Notes under the pieces: model-generated
Told to the model about the DNA's origin: nothing
The model's database searches: none
The model's input: the letters and a program-made list of their open reading frames with translations, nothing else
Made by a program: the position numbers and the translations under genes
DNA from: a phage
Direction: 5' to 3' (one strand)
Assembly: GCA_036611895.1 (NCBI GenBank)
Contig: GCA_036611895.1_4766.1
Length of the DNA stretch: 64,000 bases
Shown: positions 9,083-19,780 of the stretch, piece by piece
Position numbering within the stretch: position 1 is the first letter of the stretch
Layout of the letters: the number at the start of each line of letters is the position of its first letter

Positions 9083-9344
9083 TATATGCCTTTTTCAATA
9101 TACGGTTGGCATAGTGCACAATCTTCTCTGAGTCGTACACCGAAGAGTTTCCAGGTTTACCATTACCCATACGGGCAGCAGCATTTCGCCACAGAGCTTT
9201 AAAGGCACAACCTTCATCGAAGGTCATGCCTAGTGCTTGAATAATATCCTCACACTCTGCTTGGTATGGCTCTTGCTCTTTCCGTTGAGGGTGCTTAACT
9301 GGTACTACATACCAGTTATTCAATCCACCGGAGAGCTTAGCCAT
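9060..9344 (-). CDS. hypothetical protein
   Basis: 94-aa ORF packed between nuclease and polymerase genes. Confidence 0.4.
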   Translation of the reverse strand: MAKLSGGLNNWYVVPVKHPQRKEQEPYQAECEDIIQALGMTFDEGCAFKALWRNAAARMGNGKPGNSSVYDSEKIVHYANRILKKAYNENNQQP

Positions 9345-9649
9345 TATTTATCCTTAGGAATCATGTTTGCCTGGAACTCTGGTTCAGACATCAGACCCAG
9401 GTTGCTGAGAGACAGGTAAATGATGTCTTTCAAGTCAACCGAGGTATCGAAACGCTGGTCCAGACTAATCTTCAGGGAATGATTGGCACGGGCCAAATCT
9501 TTATAGGTCACATAAGGTTCATCAGTGAGCAACATTGTGTTCATGGTAAGCAGGGAACCATCATCCACTTTAGGAAGTTGGAAGACTACCTGTGCTGCTA
9601 CCATCCAATGATATTTTCTGACTACAGTTTCTTTAGTACTTTTGGTCAT
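9344..9649 (-). CDS. hypothetical protein
   Basis: 101-aa ORF; stop/start overlap with flanking genes. Confidence 0.4.
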   Translation of the reverse strand: MTKSTKETVVRKYHWMVAAQVVFQLPKVDDGSLLTMNTMLLTDEPYVTYKDLARANHSLKISLDQRFDTSVDLKDIIYLSLSNLGLMSEPEFQANMIPKDK

Positions 9650-12225
9650 GCGAATGCCTTTTGAATTATTTGATGAACTTCTTCTGGGGTAGCGTGATTT
9701 GGAATTTCAATCTCGTTAGCCCACGTTGGGTAAAACAAGGATAGTTCCCCACCCAAACCAACCTCTGGATGAGCAATATCAGGATGATCTTGCCAGTTAA
9801 CGGCTTCAACCAAATACTTGTTCGTGAACTGCAGGGTATCCATGTTGTCACGAATCATGAAGTACTGAGCATCATGAATATGAATACTAGGACGAATATC
9901 TAACCTGAACTCACTGGCTCTGACTTTACGCATAAACTCCGAACCAGCACGGTTATTCAGTAGACACCAGCTTTGCCCTAAAGCATTACCAGCAGTTCTG
10001 CCTTCTGCTTCTGCTTCATACGGAGTCTTACATGTCCCACGTAATACCTGAGCCAGTAAAGGAGTACGCACTCTCAATCCGAATGCGGCAGTAACATAAC
10101 CAGTTTTGGCAGCTTCGTCTAGCTTAGCCTGAACCCACATGTCACTAACTACGTAGAGATCGTGATAACGTTTCTCTGTAGTCTTAGCCTTTTCTTCAGA
10201 GAAGCCACAGTTTTTCATTAAGCCCATATACGTACCACCATAGGTAAGCAAGAAGGTTGGAGCCTTCGAGTCACTACGCAATGATTTGTACTTATGCTGA
10301 ATGGAGTTAATGGATTCTACCGTATCTTCTATGTCTGGCATCTGCTCGCCAAAGTAAGCATATGCACGGAGACTATGCCCATCGTAGCCATCGGTATATA
10401 CCTTAAGCTTCTGTGGGTCTTTAGTAGTCAGTGCAGAGATTCTGTCTTCCAGCGAGGCGAAATCCAAGCCGCAAAATATCCAGCCTGGAGGAGCTTCGAA
10501 GCATTTCTTAATCTTCTTGGCATATTTAGAGCCGGATGGAATTGTTTGTAGATTTGGCTCTGAAGCCGATAGCCTACCGGAGACTGTGCCTCCCAGATTG
10601 AGGTTACCGAATAGGTAGTGCCAGCCATCCGGTCCCGGTTGGGCATTCCTGAAAGCTGGTATAAAGCTAGTGATAATCTTATCCACGAGCTTATAGTCGA
10701 TAAGTGCATTGAGCAGTTCCTTAACATCTTCACTCTGCGTATGGGTACGCAGTGCTTTAATAGTGTCACCGTCAGTAGCAGGTTGCTTGCTCTTAGTAAG
10801 ACCAAGAACAGGTAAGCCAATATAGTCAAATAACAGCTTCTGTAACTGTGGACCAGAGTTAGGATTAAACTCGATATCACAGTCAGCAAGCGTTACCTGC
10901 TTCTTCTTCAACTTAGCATTCTTATCGTCTACCCATTCCTGACGAAGCATCAGGGTGAAATTCTTCATGAGCTTAGACTCACGAATAGTTTTCAGAGCCT
11001 GGTTCCTGTCAGTTTCCATCTCCTTAGCCACTTGGTTAACGGTATCCATATTCATGGGCATACCGGTTAACTGCATCTGGATGATGTCTTCGCAAGCTGG
11101 TTTAAAGATGTTGTTGTAAACATCTAGTTGGTCATCAGCAATGAGAGTATCCCAGTGCTTCTCATAGGTGTACCAAGTACACAAACCATCAATGAGGTTG
11201 TAACGTAACAGTTGCTCATTAGGAATAAGACGAATGTCTTTAATATCATCCTGAGCATAGTTACCAGCATACTCCTGAGCCTGATCTTTCAGACTAAGGT
11301 GATTACCAGCACAACTATTAGTAGCCAGGTAGGTGATTAACTTAGTACAGTCCCAGTTACGTAGCATGATATCCATGCCATGCAGTAAGCCTTCCGTATC
11401 AATCAGATTATCCATGAATAACTGATAGATAAGCACATACACGTCATAGCTAATGTTGTGATACATCTGACGTTGTGTGTACTTAATGAAGAACTCACGC
11501 AGAAGATTTCGAACAATATCGTTTCTGTTGATACGCCCATAAGGTGCTTCAGTAGCTCCAGGAATTGGCTCGTAGTCCACATTAAAGGCTATGCCTTGTG
11601 TCTTACTCCAACAGAATGTAATTGTCCCTATACCGGCGTTATAGTGCTTTAAACCGAATGCTTCAATGTCTATAGCCAGAGGCTTATTCATCTCAAGCAG
11701 TTGGTCTAGCCAGGCTTTAATCTTCTCTGGGGTATCCGGATAGGCTTCAAACTCAATGATTCCCTGACCTGGTTCAGCATACTGTCCACGTATGTGGTTA
11801 AGTAATGCATCCATACCCTGAGCAATCTTGGATTTTACTACAGGAGGATCATAAAAGACCTGCCTGTAGCTAGGTGCATAGATAACCTTCTGCTTACCCC
11901 ATACTGAGTCACAAACATAGCCGAGGTTAGCCTCTGCTTTAGCTTCTTTAGTCAGTATTTTGAAGTAATCAGAATCGGTACAGATAATGTATTGAGTCTC
12001 TGCATCATCCAGTACTTGTTGCAACTCCTGCTGTATGAACTCCTTAATCTCCCTTGCAGGAGTCTTCTTCTTGCCTGGGGCAGAATGAAGTTCAATGAAG
12101 ATGAAATCTTCCATACTAAGGTCATTAGGCAGCAGGTAGGTTTTAATCATCTCCTCCCTTCGGATTTGATGACCGAGGATAGCAATAGGATACTTACCCG
12201 TATCTTGAGAGGTGATGTAACGCAT
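9646..12225 (-). CDS. DNA polymerase, family A, with 3'-5' exonuclease domain
   Basis: Exo motif IDIEAFGL; Pol motif A LDFASLEDRISAL, motif B KAPTFLLTYGGTYMG, motif C HIHDAQ; 859 aa; RBS AAGGT upstream. Confidence 0.9.
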   Translation of the reverse strand: MRYITSQDTGKYPIAILGHQIRREEMIKTYLLPNDLSMEDFIFIELHSAPGKKKTPAREIKEFIQQELQQVLDDAETQYIICTDSDYFKILTKEAKAEANLGYVCDSVWGKQKVIYAPSYRQVFYDPPVVKSKIAQGMDALLNHIRGQYAEPGQGIIEFEAYPDTPEKIKAWLDQLLEMNKPLAIDIEAFGLKHYNAGIGTITFCWSKTQGIAFNVDYEPIPGATEAPYGRINRNDIVRNLLREFFIKYTQRQMYHNISYDVYVLIYQLFMDNLIDTEGLLHGMDIMLRNWDCTKLITYLATNSCAGNHLSLKDQAQEYAGNYAQDDIKDIRLIPNEQLLRYNLIDGLCTWYTYEKHWDTLIADDQLDVYNNIFKPACEDIIQMQLTGMPMNMDTVNQVAKEMETDRNQALKTIRESKLMKNFTLMLRQEWVDDKNAKLKKKQVTLADCDIEFNPNSGPQLQKLLFDYIGLPVLGLTKSKQPATDGDTIKALRTHTQSEDVKELLNALIDYKLVDKIITSFIPAFRNAQPGPDGWHYLFGNLNLGGTVSGRLSASEPNLQTIPSGSKYAKKIKKCFEAPPGWIFCGLDFASLEDRISALTTKDPQKLKVYTDGYDGHSLRAYAYFGEQMPDIEDTVESINSIQHKYKSLRSDSKAPTFLLTYGGTYMGLMKNCGFSEEKAKTTEKRYHDLYVVSDMWVQAKLDEAAKTGYVTAAFGLRVRTPLLAQVLRGTCKTPYEAEAEGRTAGNALGQSWCLLNNRAGSEFMRKVRASEFRLDIRPSIHIHDAQYFMIRDNMDTLQFTNKYLVEAVNWQDHPDIAHPEVGLGGELSLFYPTWANEIEIPNHATPEEVHQIIQKAFA

Positions 12226-12234
12226 AGCTTTACC

Positions 12235-12765
12235 TTAGAAAATCAGATGGGAAGCTGCATAGTACTCAATAGAGGGAAGAATCTTCTCATACTGCTTTAT
12301 TGCCATGGGATCACCAGCAAGTGTCCAGGCTGCTTCACGAGTACGGGGCAGTTCCTTGTACTTACCAGTCTGGTCTTGAGCTACCAGGCACTCAGGCAGA
12401 GCATCACGCACATCCTGATAGGACATACAACCACGAACCAGGCGATATACAGTCTGGTTCACAAGGTGTACTTCCATAATCAGACGACTGGAGGCTTTCA
12501 GATACTTGTCCATTGCAGGCCAAAGTTCTGGATTAAGTGTTAATCGTTCACCGTAGGTTGGAGGTCTCGCAGCATTAGAACGCTGATAGAACTCCCCTTG
12601 ATAAAGAAATCCAGCCGATACATCAATACCATTGATACGGTCATTCTTATCAATGATACCGTTTAACACACTATCAATACGAACCAGTTCTGCTAAGAAC
12701 AGGTGTTTGACTATATCGCTGCTATTGGCAACTTGACCAATAGTCGCTGAACCAATCTGAGGCAT
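12235..12765 (-). CDS. hypothetical protein
   Basis: 176-aa ORF between helicase and polymerase. Confidence 0.45.
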   Translation of the reverse strand: MPQIGSATIGQVANSSDIVKHLFLAELVRIDSVLNGIIDKNDRINGIDVSAGFLYQGEFYQRSNAARPPTYGERLTLNPELWPAMDKYLKASSRLIMEVHLVNQTVYRLVRGCMSYQDVRDALPECLVAQDQTGKYKELPRTREAAWTLAGDPMAIKQYEKILPSIEYYAASHLIF

Positions 12766-12775
12766 ATATCCTCCC

Positions 12776-14086
12776 TTAGAAAGTTAGACCACCATACTTA
12801 CTGGCAAGATTGCCATAGAACACTACTCGCTTACGTGCACGGGATACAGCGACGTAAAGCAGACGGGCAACCATATCAGGTTGGCGACAGCTTGAGAGGT
12901 CATCTGCATCAATAAAGATTGTGTCGTAAGTAGAGCCTTGTGATTTATGGACAGTACATGCATGAGTAGCACGCAGGTCTGGAATGGTTTCTTTAAGACG
13001 GAAGTAAGGTTCCCAGTTCTTCTCCTTACCCAACCACTTAACCAAACGGTTGAAGTATTCTGGGTCAGTAGGTACTGGAACTTCACTTACAATACCACCA
13101 TAACCAAGGTCCAGAGTACTATCACGAACTTCCAGTTCCAGGTCACCTGTAACTGGAATCATGCGAGTACTGCTATCCTGGTCAATGAGTTTTACGTCTT
13201 GCTCGATAGATAGACGGTCTTCCACACCTAAGCGAACAGCAGAGTTAGATACTAGTTGTTCACCAATGGAGTACTCACCCACGTAGCCATTAGCTTCACG
13301 AATGTAGTTATTGTAATTAATAACCTGGTCATTCGTATAAGCAACAATACGGCTATTGGTAGGTTGAGTGAAGTGACTGAGAACCAGTTTCTCCATCTCT
13401 TCCCCCTGTACCCAGTCAATAATGCCCGGAATACATTTAATAGGCAGGAAGCCTGTCTTACCTTCCACCGTATCACGTAATTGCTGGTGCAATGCTTTGA
13501 GTTCCGGTGCATCGGTACGCATCTGTTCAGTCAGATAGTGTGTTGGGATATTCCCTGCATACACTGGAGACTTATTCTCTTTAACAGGCAGAAGCTGAGA
13601 AGCATCCCCTACGAATACCAGCTTACACTGGTGAGTACCTTCACGAGCATACTTAAGTAACTGACGGTCAATCATGGATGCTTCGTCTACGAAGATGATT
13701 TTGTTCTTCTTAATATTGAATGATTTAGACGGTACGACATTAGCCTCACCAGTCTTAAAGTCATTCTTAACAATCAATCCCTGGAAGGAATGATAGGTAG
13801 ATGTTGGACGTCCAGTAGCCTGAGCCAGAACTTCGGCAGCCTTGTTCGTGGTCGCAGTCATAACAACTTCGTTATACAGGGGCTTGGTTCCCATAAGGGA
13901 GCAAGTTTCCATATATGCAGGCATTGTGTCATCAATGAGGTGCGACATCAGGAATGTCTTACCAGTACCACCTGGGCCTGAAATTCCAAATTCGGTAGCA
14001 TTAGGGTCGAGCAGGAAGTCGAAGAACTCCTTCGCAACCGCTTCTTGCCCCTTGTTCAGTGGGGCTTTGGTAGGTTTGGAAAACAT
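12776..14086 (-). CDS. SF1 DNA helicase (Dda/RecD-like)
   Basis: Walker A GPGGTGKT, Walker B IIFVDEASM, C-terminal VHKSQGSTYD motif. Confidence 0.85.
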   Translation of the reverse strand: MFSKPTKAPLNKGQEAVAKEFFDFLLDPNATEFGISGPGGTGKTFLMSHLIDDTMPAYMETCSLMGTKPLYNEVVMTATTNKAAEVLAQATGRPTSTYHSFQGLIVKNDFKTGEANVVPSKSFNIKKNKIIFVDEASMIDRQLLKYAREGTHQCKLVFVGDASQLLPVKENKSPVYAGNIPTHYLTEQMRTDAPELKALHQQLRDTVEGKTGFLPIKCIPGIIDWVQGEEMEKLVLSHFTQPTNSRIVAYTNDQVINYNNYIREANGYVGEYSIGEQLVSNSAVRLGVEDRLSIEQDVKLIDQDSSTRMIPVTGDLELEVRDSTLDLGYGGIVSEVPVPTDPEYFNRLVKWLGKEKNWEPYFRLKETIPDLRATHACTVHKSQGSTYDTIFIDADDLSSCRQPDMVARLLYVAVSRARKRVVFYGNLASKYGGLTF

Positions 14087-14100
14087 TAAAATCTCCAGTA

Positions 14101-14121
14101 AAAAACCCTCCGTAGAGGGTT
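14101..14121 (-). terminator. hairpin with T-run immediately upstream of helicase RBS (terminator/attenuator)
   Basis: Minus sense AACCCTC-TACG-GAGGGTT followed by TTTTT, then GGAG and the helicase ATG. Confidence 0.45.
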
Positions 14122-14575
14122 AGATGTAAGGGGTTAAATCTGGGGGAGTATAGTCTTTCCCTTTCATAACTTTCTTATTCTCATTGAAGACAGGTTCCCC
14201 ATCTTCAAACTTAGAATAGTTTGAGCGATTGACTTCAGCCAATGCTCCAGGGACATTCATCCCAAGGAAAGTACCGACGCCAGTTGCTGTAACAATCTGG
14301 TCTGCCAGTGAATCCAGCAGGTTGGTACTGGCGTCAATGCGATAAGCATCGTCATTACGTTTCATATGGTTTGCCAGATTTGTAATGGCATCTTGTGCAC
14401 GTTGTAGCAATTCTGCATCGTAGCTACCATTTGGATAAATGGTCTGAAGCATTTCTTCTACTTCTTCCAGATGACAACCAATCTGGGTACTAATGTTCTT
14501 ACTCGTCGGATTCGGTACGGCTTTTAGAAACCATTGCCGTGTGTTTTCCAGCGTACAAACGGATGAACTTGTCAT
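14120..14575 (-). CDS. hypothetical protein (possible MazG-like NTP pyrophosphohydrolase)
   Basis: LEEVEEM acidic motif reminiscent of the MazG EExxE pattern; N-terminus overlaps the upstream ORF by 77 nt, so the true start is probably internal. Confidence 0.3.
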   Translation of the reverse strand: MTSSSVCTLENTRQWFLKAVPNPTSKNISTQIGCHLEEVEEMLQTIYPNGSYDAELLQRAQDAITNLANHMKRNDDAYRIDASTNLLDSLADQIVTATGVGTFLGMNVPGALAEVNRSNYSKFEDGEPVFNENKKVMKGKDYTPPDLTPYI

Positions 14576-14894
14576 GCTCAGTCTCTTGGTTAAGGTGGCG
14601 ATTGTTATATGCCTCCAGAATCAAGTCTCTTACATATGAGCGAATCTCATAAGCAGGACCAACTTGTTCTGACAGCCAATCAGCCACATGGGTTGGTAAA
14701 GGACGTAATACGTTTTCCATGAACGTCCGACGTGTGTCGGCTGGTTCAATGTTTAGAGAACGCAATCGCAAAGTAACTGTAGTTGGGTGAACCCCCAACG
14801 TCTTAGCGATAGTTGCGAGGGACAGACCAACAGCATTCATACGAATGATGTCTTCATCGGTTGCTTTGCGATTACTTCTGAATACTTTAGACAT
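14499..14894 (-). CDS. helix-turn-helix DNA-binding protein
   Basis: GLSLATIAKTLGVHPTTVTLRLR looks like an HTH; RBS GAGGAAA upstream. Confidence 0.45.
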   Translation of the reverse strand: MSKVFRSNRKATDEDIIRMNAVGLSLATIAKTLGVHPTTVTLRLRSLNIEPADTRRTFMENVLRPLPTHVADWLSEQVGPAYEIRSYVRDLILEAYNNRHLNQETEHDKFIRLYAGKHTAMVSKSRTESDE

Positions 14895-15120
14895 AGCTTA
14901 TTTCCTCTTCAAAGATAGCCTCACTTTATTATAAGTGAGGCTATTTGAACAGGCTAGGACTGGTTCTTATACCATTCCCCGAACTCTTTCATTGCATCTT
15001 CTAAGGACAAGCCTTCAAAGAATTGACCAAAGTGTCCGTTGTACGTCACACAAATCCTTGTAACGGTTTACTTTAGGGGTGTGATTACTTCCCGTATAAC
15101 CACCTTATCAATGCTAATCA

Positions 15121-17181
15121 TTACTTAGTAGCCTTGATCAGCTTGGTAGCTAACTTAGTTTCTTCTTCAGTCAGTCCCATTGCAGTGAATGACTTCTTAG
15201 CATGACGCTTATAGTCTTGCAGAGCATGGCCTTTCTGATAGTCAGAGTACGTCGTATCGTTAAGGATGCTACGCAGATTATCAGCGTGTTTACCAGACGG
15301 AGCTACTTTAGTGGCAGCAGCAGAACGTGTAGGTTTAACTGTCTTATCCTGCTTAACAGCTTTAGGTTTACCAATAGGTTTAGCTGTATAGGTAGCACGT
15401 ACATCAGCAATCTTAGCTACTACATCACTACCTACACCGAATGCACCCCAAGGCTTTCTGGCTTTGGAACGCAGTTCTACCAGAAGGTCAGCAGCAGCTA
15501 ACTTATCTTCCGGTGTTGTTGCATTAAGGAACTCTTTGACTAGTTCCTGGATTTGTTCTTTCACAGTAGGAGCCTTCTTAATAGCAGGTTTAAGGTCAGT
15601 AGCTTTCACTGGTTCAGCAGCTACAGCTTCATTCAGCGACTCTTCCATGTTCAGCGCTTCTTTGCTAGCGACTGTACGGAATTGTTCTACAGAACCAGAT
15701 GTGAGATTAGTGTATTTGAGGTTAGTACCACGATGACCACCAACCATAATAAGTGTGGTAGGTGAACTATGGTTCCCAACGATGGCATCATTAAGCAGCT
15801 TCTTACCTACCTCTGTCTTAGACAGATAGATACCGCTGTTAACGTTAAGACGTTCCTCTTCCGGTAGTTCAGCAATAATATGATATGCAGATACACGCAT
15901 CTTATTGGTGCTGTACTCAGGAACAGCAAATACATCTTCAGGTGCTACTTTACCAAGGATAGTTACGTCACCACCGAAGCTACGGATATAGCTCATGGAT
16001 GCTACGTGCAGACCGTTAGAACAATCCTGACGACGGTCAGGGTCTACCAGGTCTTCACGTACCTGAACTTTACAGCCTACCCATTGACGAATTCTACCTG
16101 AGTGACAGTCAACGAATACACGTCTACCATTTTCTGCGTCTTTATACTTCAGACGCTTCAGGAACAGGATTGAACCATCATCAGCAATAGGTAGCTCAGC
16201 AGTTTCCATGAATTTCATCAGGTCTTCTACTGAGTGCAGACGGTCTTTAATAACCGGAGCCAGACGCTCAAGGAACTTAGTAAAGCCCTTGTAGTCTTTC
16301 AGCTGGGCAGACTGACGTAGATGACGATGCAGGTTTTCAACTCCGGGGATAACCCCATTATTGGTAACAGCAACAACCACTTCGTCTTCCTTCACTTCGG
16401 TGTGAAAGTTAGCATCATCAGTACTGATAGCACCTAATGCAGCCAGCTTCTCAGAAGCAGCAGCCAGCTTATCCTGGTTCGTAGTTTTAGCTATTTCTAC
16501 ATAAGGAGATGGCGTTACATCACGACTGGTAAATACAATGTGTACTCCTTTGATGTGCTGAGCTTGTTTAGCAAACTCACTCATTTCATCATCGGATACT
16601 GCACGAATTGCAATAGGCCATTCTCGTGCAAGGATACGATTGGTATGGTCATAACCCCAACTCAGTACGTCATTGATAAAACGAACCAGTGCAGGATGGT
16701 TATGGTCCTTATCCCAGCCAGTAACCCACATCAGGTTTTCACGTCTGTCGTAGAAACCATCAGATACAGTTACTTCTGGTTCATTAGCCTGTACAGCCAG
16801 GAAGGTATCCATAGCTTTAGATACTAACGTCTTAGTAGGATTGCCCAGCTTAATATCTGAGACGATATGTGCAGGAGGAACACCTGTACCATCCTGGAAG
16901 AACTCTTTAAGTTTAGCTTTAGCTACCTTGAAGAAACGGACGAATCCGTTGGTGTTCTTCTCTGCTTCTAGATACTCAGTACGTAATGCTACTTCTGGCG
17001 CAATGTTTACTTCTACCAGGTCTTTGGTGGTTCCCAGACCTTTGGTTTGTGCTTCAGATACAATGCGAGCAACCCGTGGGTCGTTCTGAGGATATACAAT
17101 TGTGGAGCCATCAGGCTTCCACAGTGTGAGGTTACGACTGTCAACTGCCAGTGCGATGATAGAAATCAGTTCGATTTTCAT
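15121..17181 (-). CDS. rIIB: rIIB-like protein
   Basis: 686-aa ORF immediately downstream of the rIIA-like gene; assignment mainly by pairing and size. Confidence 0.4.
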   Translation of the reverse strand: MKIELISIIALAVDSRNLTLWKPDGSTIVYPQNDPRVARIVSEAQTKGLGTTKDLVEVNIAPEVALRTEYLEAEKNTNGFVRFFKVAKAKLKEFFQDGTGVPPAHIVSDIKLGNPTKTLVSKAMDTFLAVQANEPEVTVSDGFYDRRENLMWVTGWDKDHNHPALVRFINDVLSWGYDHTNRILAREWPIAIRAVSDDEMSEFAKQAQHIKGVHIVFTSRDVTPSPYVEIAKTTNQDKLAAASEKLAALGAISTDDANFHTEVKEDEVVVAVTNNGVIPGVENLHRHLRQSAQLKDYKGFTKFLERLAPVIKDRLHSVEDLMKFMETAELPIADDGSILFLKRLKYKDAENGRRVFVDCHSGRIRQWVGCKVQVREDLVDPDRRQDCSNGLHVASMSYIRSFGGDVTILGKVAPEDVFAVPEYSTNKMRVSAYHIIAELPEEERLNVNSGIYLSKTEVGKKLLNDAIVGNHSSPTTLIMVGGHRGTNLKYTNLTSGSVEQFRTVASKEALNMEESLNEAVAAEPVKATDLKPAIKKAPTVKEQIQELVKEFLNATTPEDKLAAADLLVELRSKARKPWGAFGVGSDVVAKIADVRATYTAKPIGKPKAVKQDKTVKPTRSAAATKVAPSGKHADNLRSILNDTTYSDYQKGHALQDYKRHAKKSFTAMGLTEEETKLATKLIKATK

Positions 17182-17185
17182 CAGA

Positions 17186-19753
17186 TTAGTTACCTTTCAG
17201 TTTATTTAGACGATTACGGTAGATGGACTTAAACCCAGGAATATCCTCTGGATTATTCTTAAGGTGTTTGACCAAACTACCTAAGTCCAGCGTCTGTAGA
17301 ATGTCATTCTTATTCCAGTTATAACTGAATAATCCTTTGTAACCTTTCAGTATTTCAAAGTACTTATGGTTACGGGGGTTAACCATCATTGTATACGGTT
17401 CTAGGTCATCTACTGATTTAATACAGCCCATTTCAACAAGTTTTTCTTTGTTGTTATGTGGTCGATTTCGTAGAAAGTCATATGCCCATTCATACTCTGG
17501 TTTAAAAATCAGATTCTGTAATGGTTTGAAGGTTAGGCCCAGTATGTCTAGAATTTCCCAATACTCTCTGTCATCCAGTCCTACGTATTCCAGAATACCA
17601 ATACGGTGTTCAGTAACATATTTCTTGAAGCCTTTACTGGTAATAACTGGCATCAGCTCCATAAAGCGAACATCATCAATGTGGATAGCACCACGTCGTT
17701 TAGCCTTGTTAGCTTCGATTTGATTTCGGCAGACAACTGTCTCTGCTTTCATCTCATCGGATAACTCATACCATTTCCACATGGTTCCAATTCGAGCAGT
17801 TACTGGACTACCAGTACCAACCTGATTAGCCAGTACATAGTACTTAGGCTGTTCTACCTCAACGAAACCATATTTCTCATGGAAGCTCGGGTCAGCAAAA
17901 CCTTTGTCAATGTAAGGTTTAGAATCCCAATCACCACTTTTATTCCGTACAGAAGTAGTACCAAGAACTGCATTCAATGAAATCAGAGCATTGGTTTTAC
18001 CTCCTGCTTTGGTTTTATTGGCAGCTATTGTCTTAGCACGTTTCTCAGCAGCTATCTTAGCCTGTTCTCTACGGTAGTTAGTTGGTTTGTCCCACTCATT
18101 ATATTGAGTAAGGTCAATTACCCGATAACCCATAGCAGTGAACTTAGCTACAGCCTCTTCTGCTGCACCCTTCTTAGGACCAACGACGTGAACAAAAGCT
18201 GTACGCTCCAGATCACCTCGGTTGTATTCAGGGAAGTATGAGAAAGAGTCTGCACAATCAGATAAACGTCGGGTAACTACAACGTTCTTGGTAGTGAATA
18301 TGCCGATACCCTGATGGGAGGTATGGTACATCTTAAAGTAGTCTGTAAGTTTACCTTTCACCAAGTCTACAGAATTACCCTGGTTCATTATGTAACCAGA
18401 CCACTTAATACCAGAGATTTTTAAAGCAGCAATCTGAGGTAAGTGCAGATGGCGATATACTAATTCATGGAATGGGGAGTATGTACTTTCTTTACGAGTA
18501 TCCTTAAGAGCACGCATAGCCTTACCATACAGTTTTTTAAGACCTGCATATTCAGGACGAGCTAACAATGCTTTATTGGATAGATTACGCCAATGCTTGA
18601 TGTGATGCTTACGCTGCTTAGCCCACAAACTAGAGGACATATAGCGTTGAACAATTGGGTCTGTAACAGCAAGCAAGAAAGACGGATAGGTCCAGAAGCA
18701 GGTAGAGGATTTAGAAGCATATTCTTCAACCTGCTTAATAGCATCAGGAATTTTAGCCTTAATCTCTTTCTCCATACGGTCTACTAAATCTACGCATAGA
18801 GTAGTAATACCATCATCAGTTAACTTCTGGTTAGACAGCGTTTCCCGACTAGGAGCAATAGCTAGAGTATCCGGTGCAGCCTGAACTACTAAATTGTCAG
18901 CACCAATAATATTCATAAAGTTGAGGATAAGACCTACAGCTTCTTCACTAGCCGGGCTGGATACTATTGGGTACATTACGTTACCGTAGCGAACGTATAT
19001 GTTACTACTCCCCATATAGCCCTGATACCATTTATCAGACATATCATATGAACCAGGTTCAAATGACATACCTAACGTATCCAGTAAAGTGTAGTCGCCT
19101 TGCTGAATACTAATACCTGTTTCTGTTTTAACGAGTTTAGTAGTACTTAGTTCAGCCTTAATCTCTCCATTGAACACAATAGACTTGATGTAATGTACAA
19201 ATGTATTTACATCATGCTTACCCAGTTGGAATTTAACTTCCAGACCAGATTCCTCAGTGGGAATACCAGTAATAATAGGAACAATACCCGGTTTACCGTC
19301 ATTCTCAATTGCAGCCTTAGCTACGTTATATACAGACATCTTTCCCTGGTTCCATGAAGTAACCTGGAAGCTATCTGTATAAGCGAATGGGGATTTACAT
19401 CCCAGACCAAAGCCACCAGTAACACTACTGTTGGCCTTCTTAGTAGATGCACCATAGACACCATAAATGGAACCAATGAGTTCATCCGGGATTCCGTTAC
19501 CGTAGTCACGGAAGGTAATAAAGTTGTCTTTATCAATGGTAATACGAATAGGGGTATCAGTCTTACCTGCCTCAATATGAGCATCCCAACTGTTACAGAT
19601 AGTCTCACGGACTACTGCCAGAGTAGGATTGTTATACAAGGAAGTACTTAATACATGGAAGAATGCCGGGTCATCAGAGATGCCAAAGGCAATTGTTTCT
19701 TTACCACCCAGTGTCGCTGAGGTAGCTACTTCATTGGTATCTGCAACTAACAT
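17186..19753 (-). CDS. rIIA: rIIA-like protein with N-terminal GHKL (Bergerat-fold) ATPase domain
   Basis: N-terminal NSWDAH and DYGNGIP motifs match the GHKL N-box and G1-box pattern; 855 aa. Confidence 0.55.
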   Translation of the reverse strand: MLVADTNEVATSATLGGKETIAFGISDDPAFFHVLSTSLYNNPTLAVVRETICNSWDAHIEAGKTDTPIRITIDKDNFITFRDYGNGIPDELIGSIYGVYGASTKKANSSVTGGFGLGCKSPFAYTDSFQVTSWNQGKMSVYNVAKAAIENDGKPGIVPIITGIPTEESGLEVKFQLGKHDVNTFVHYIKSIVFNGEIKAELSTTKLVKTETGISIQQGDYTLLDTLGMSFEPGSYDMSDKWYQGYMGSSNIYVRYGNVMYPIVSSPASEEAVGLILNFMNIIGADNLVVQAAPDTLAIAPSRETLSNQKLTDDGITTLCVDLVDRMEKEIKAKIPDAIKQVEEYASKSSTCFWTYPSFLLAVTDPIVQRYMSSSLWAKQRKHHIKHWRNLSNKALLARPEYAGLKKLYGKAMRALKDTRKESTYSPFHELVYRHLHLPQIAALKISGIKWSGYIMNQGNSVDLVKGKLTDYFKMYHTSHQGIGIFTTKNVVVTRRLSDCADSFSYFPEYNRGDLERTAFVHVVGPKKGAAEEAVAKFTAMGYRVIDLTQYNEWDKPTNYRREQAKIAAEKRAKTIAANKTKAGGKTNALISLNAVLGTTSVRNKSGDWDSKPYIDKGFADPSFHEKYGFVEVEQPKYYVLANQVGTGSPVTARIGTMWKWYELSDEMKAETVVCRNQIEANKAKRRGAIHIDDVRFMELMPVITSKGFKKYVTEHRIGILEYVGLDDREYWEILDILGLTFKPLQNLIFKPEYEWAYDFLRNRPHNNKEKLVEMGCIKSVDDLEPYTMMVNPRNHKYFEILKGYKGLFSYNWNKNDILQTLDLGSLVKHLKNNPEDIPGFKSIYRNRLNKLKGN

Positions 19754-19780
19754 TTATTTACTCTCCAGATTAAATGTTGC

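Noticed and set aside
12823-13086. 87-aa minus-strand ORF within the helicase gene in another frame
   Set aside because: Fully embedded in the well-supported helicase CDS, with no independent start signal
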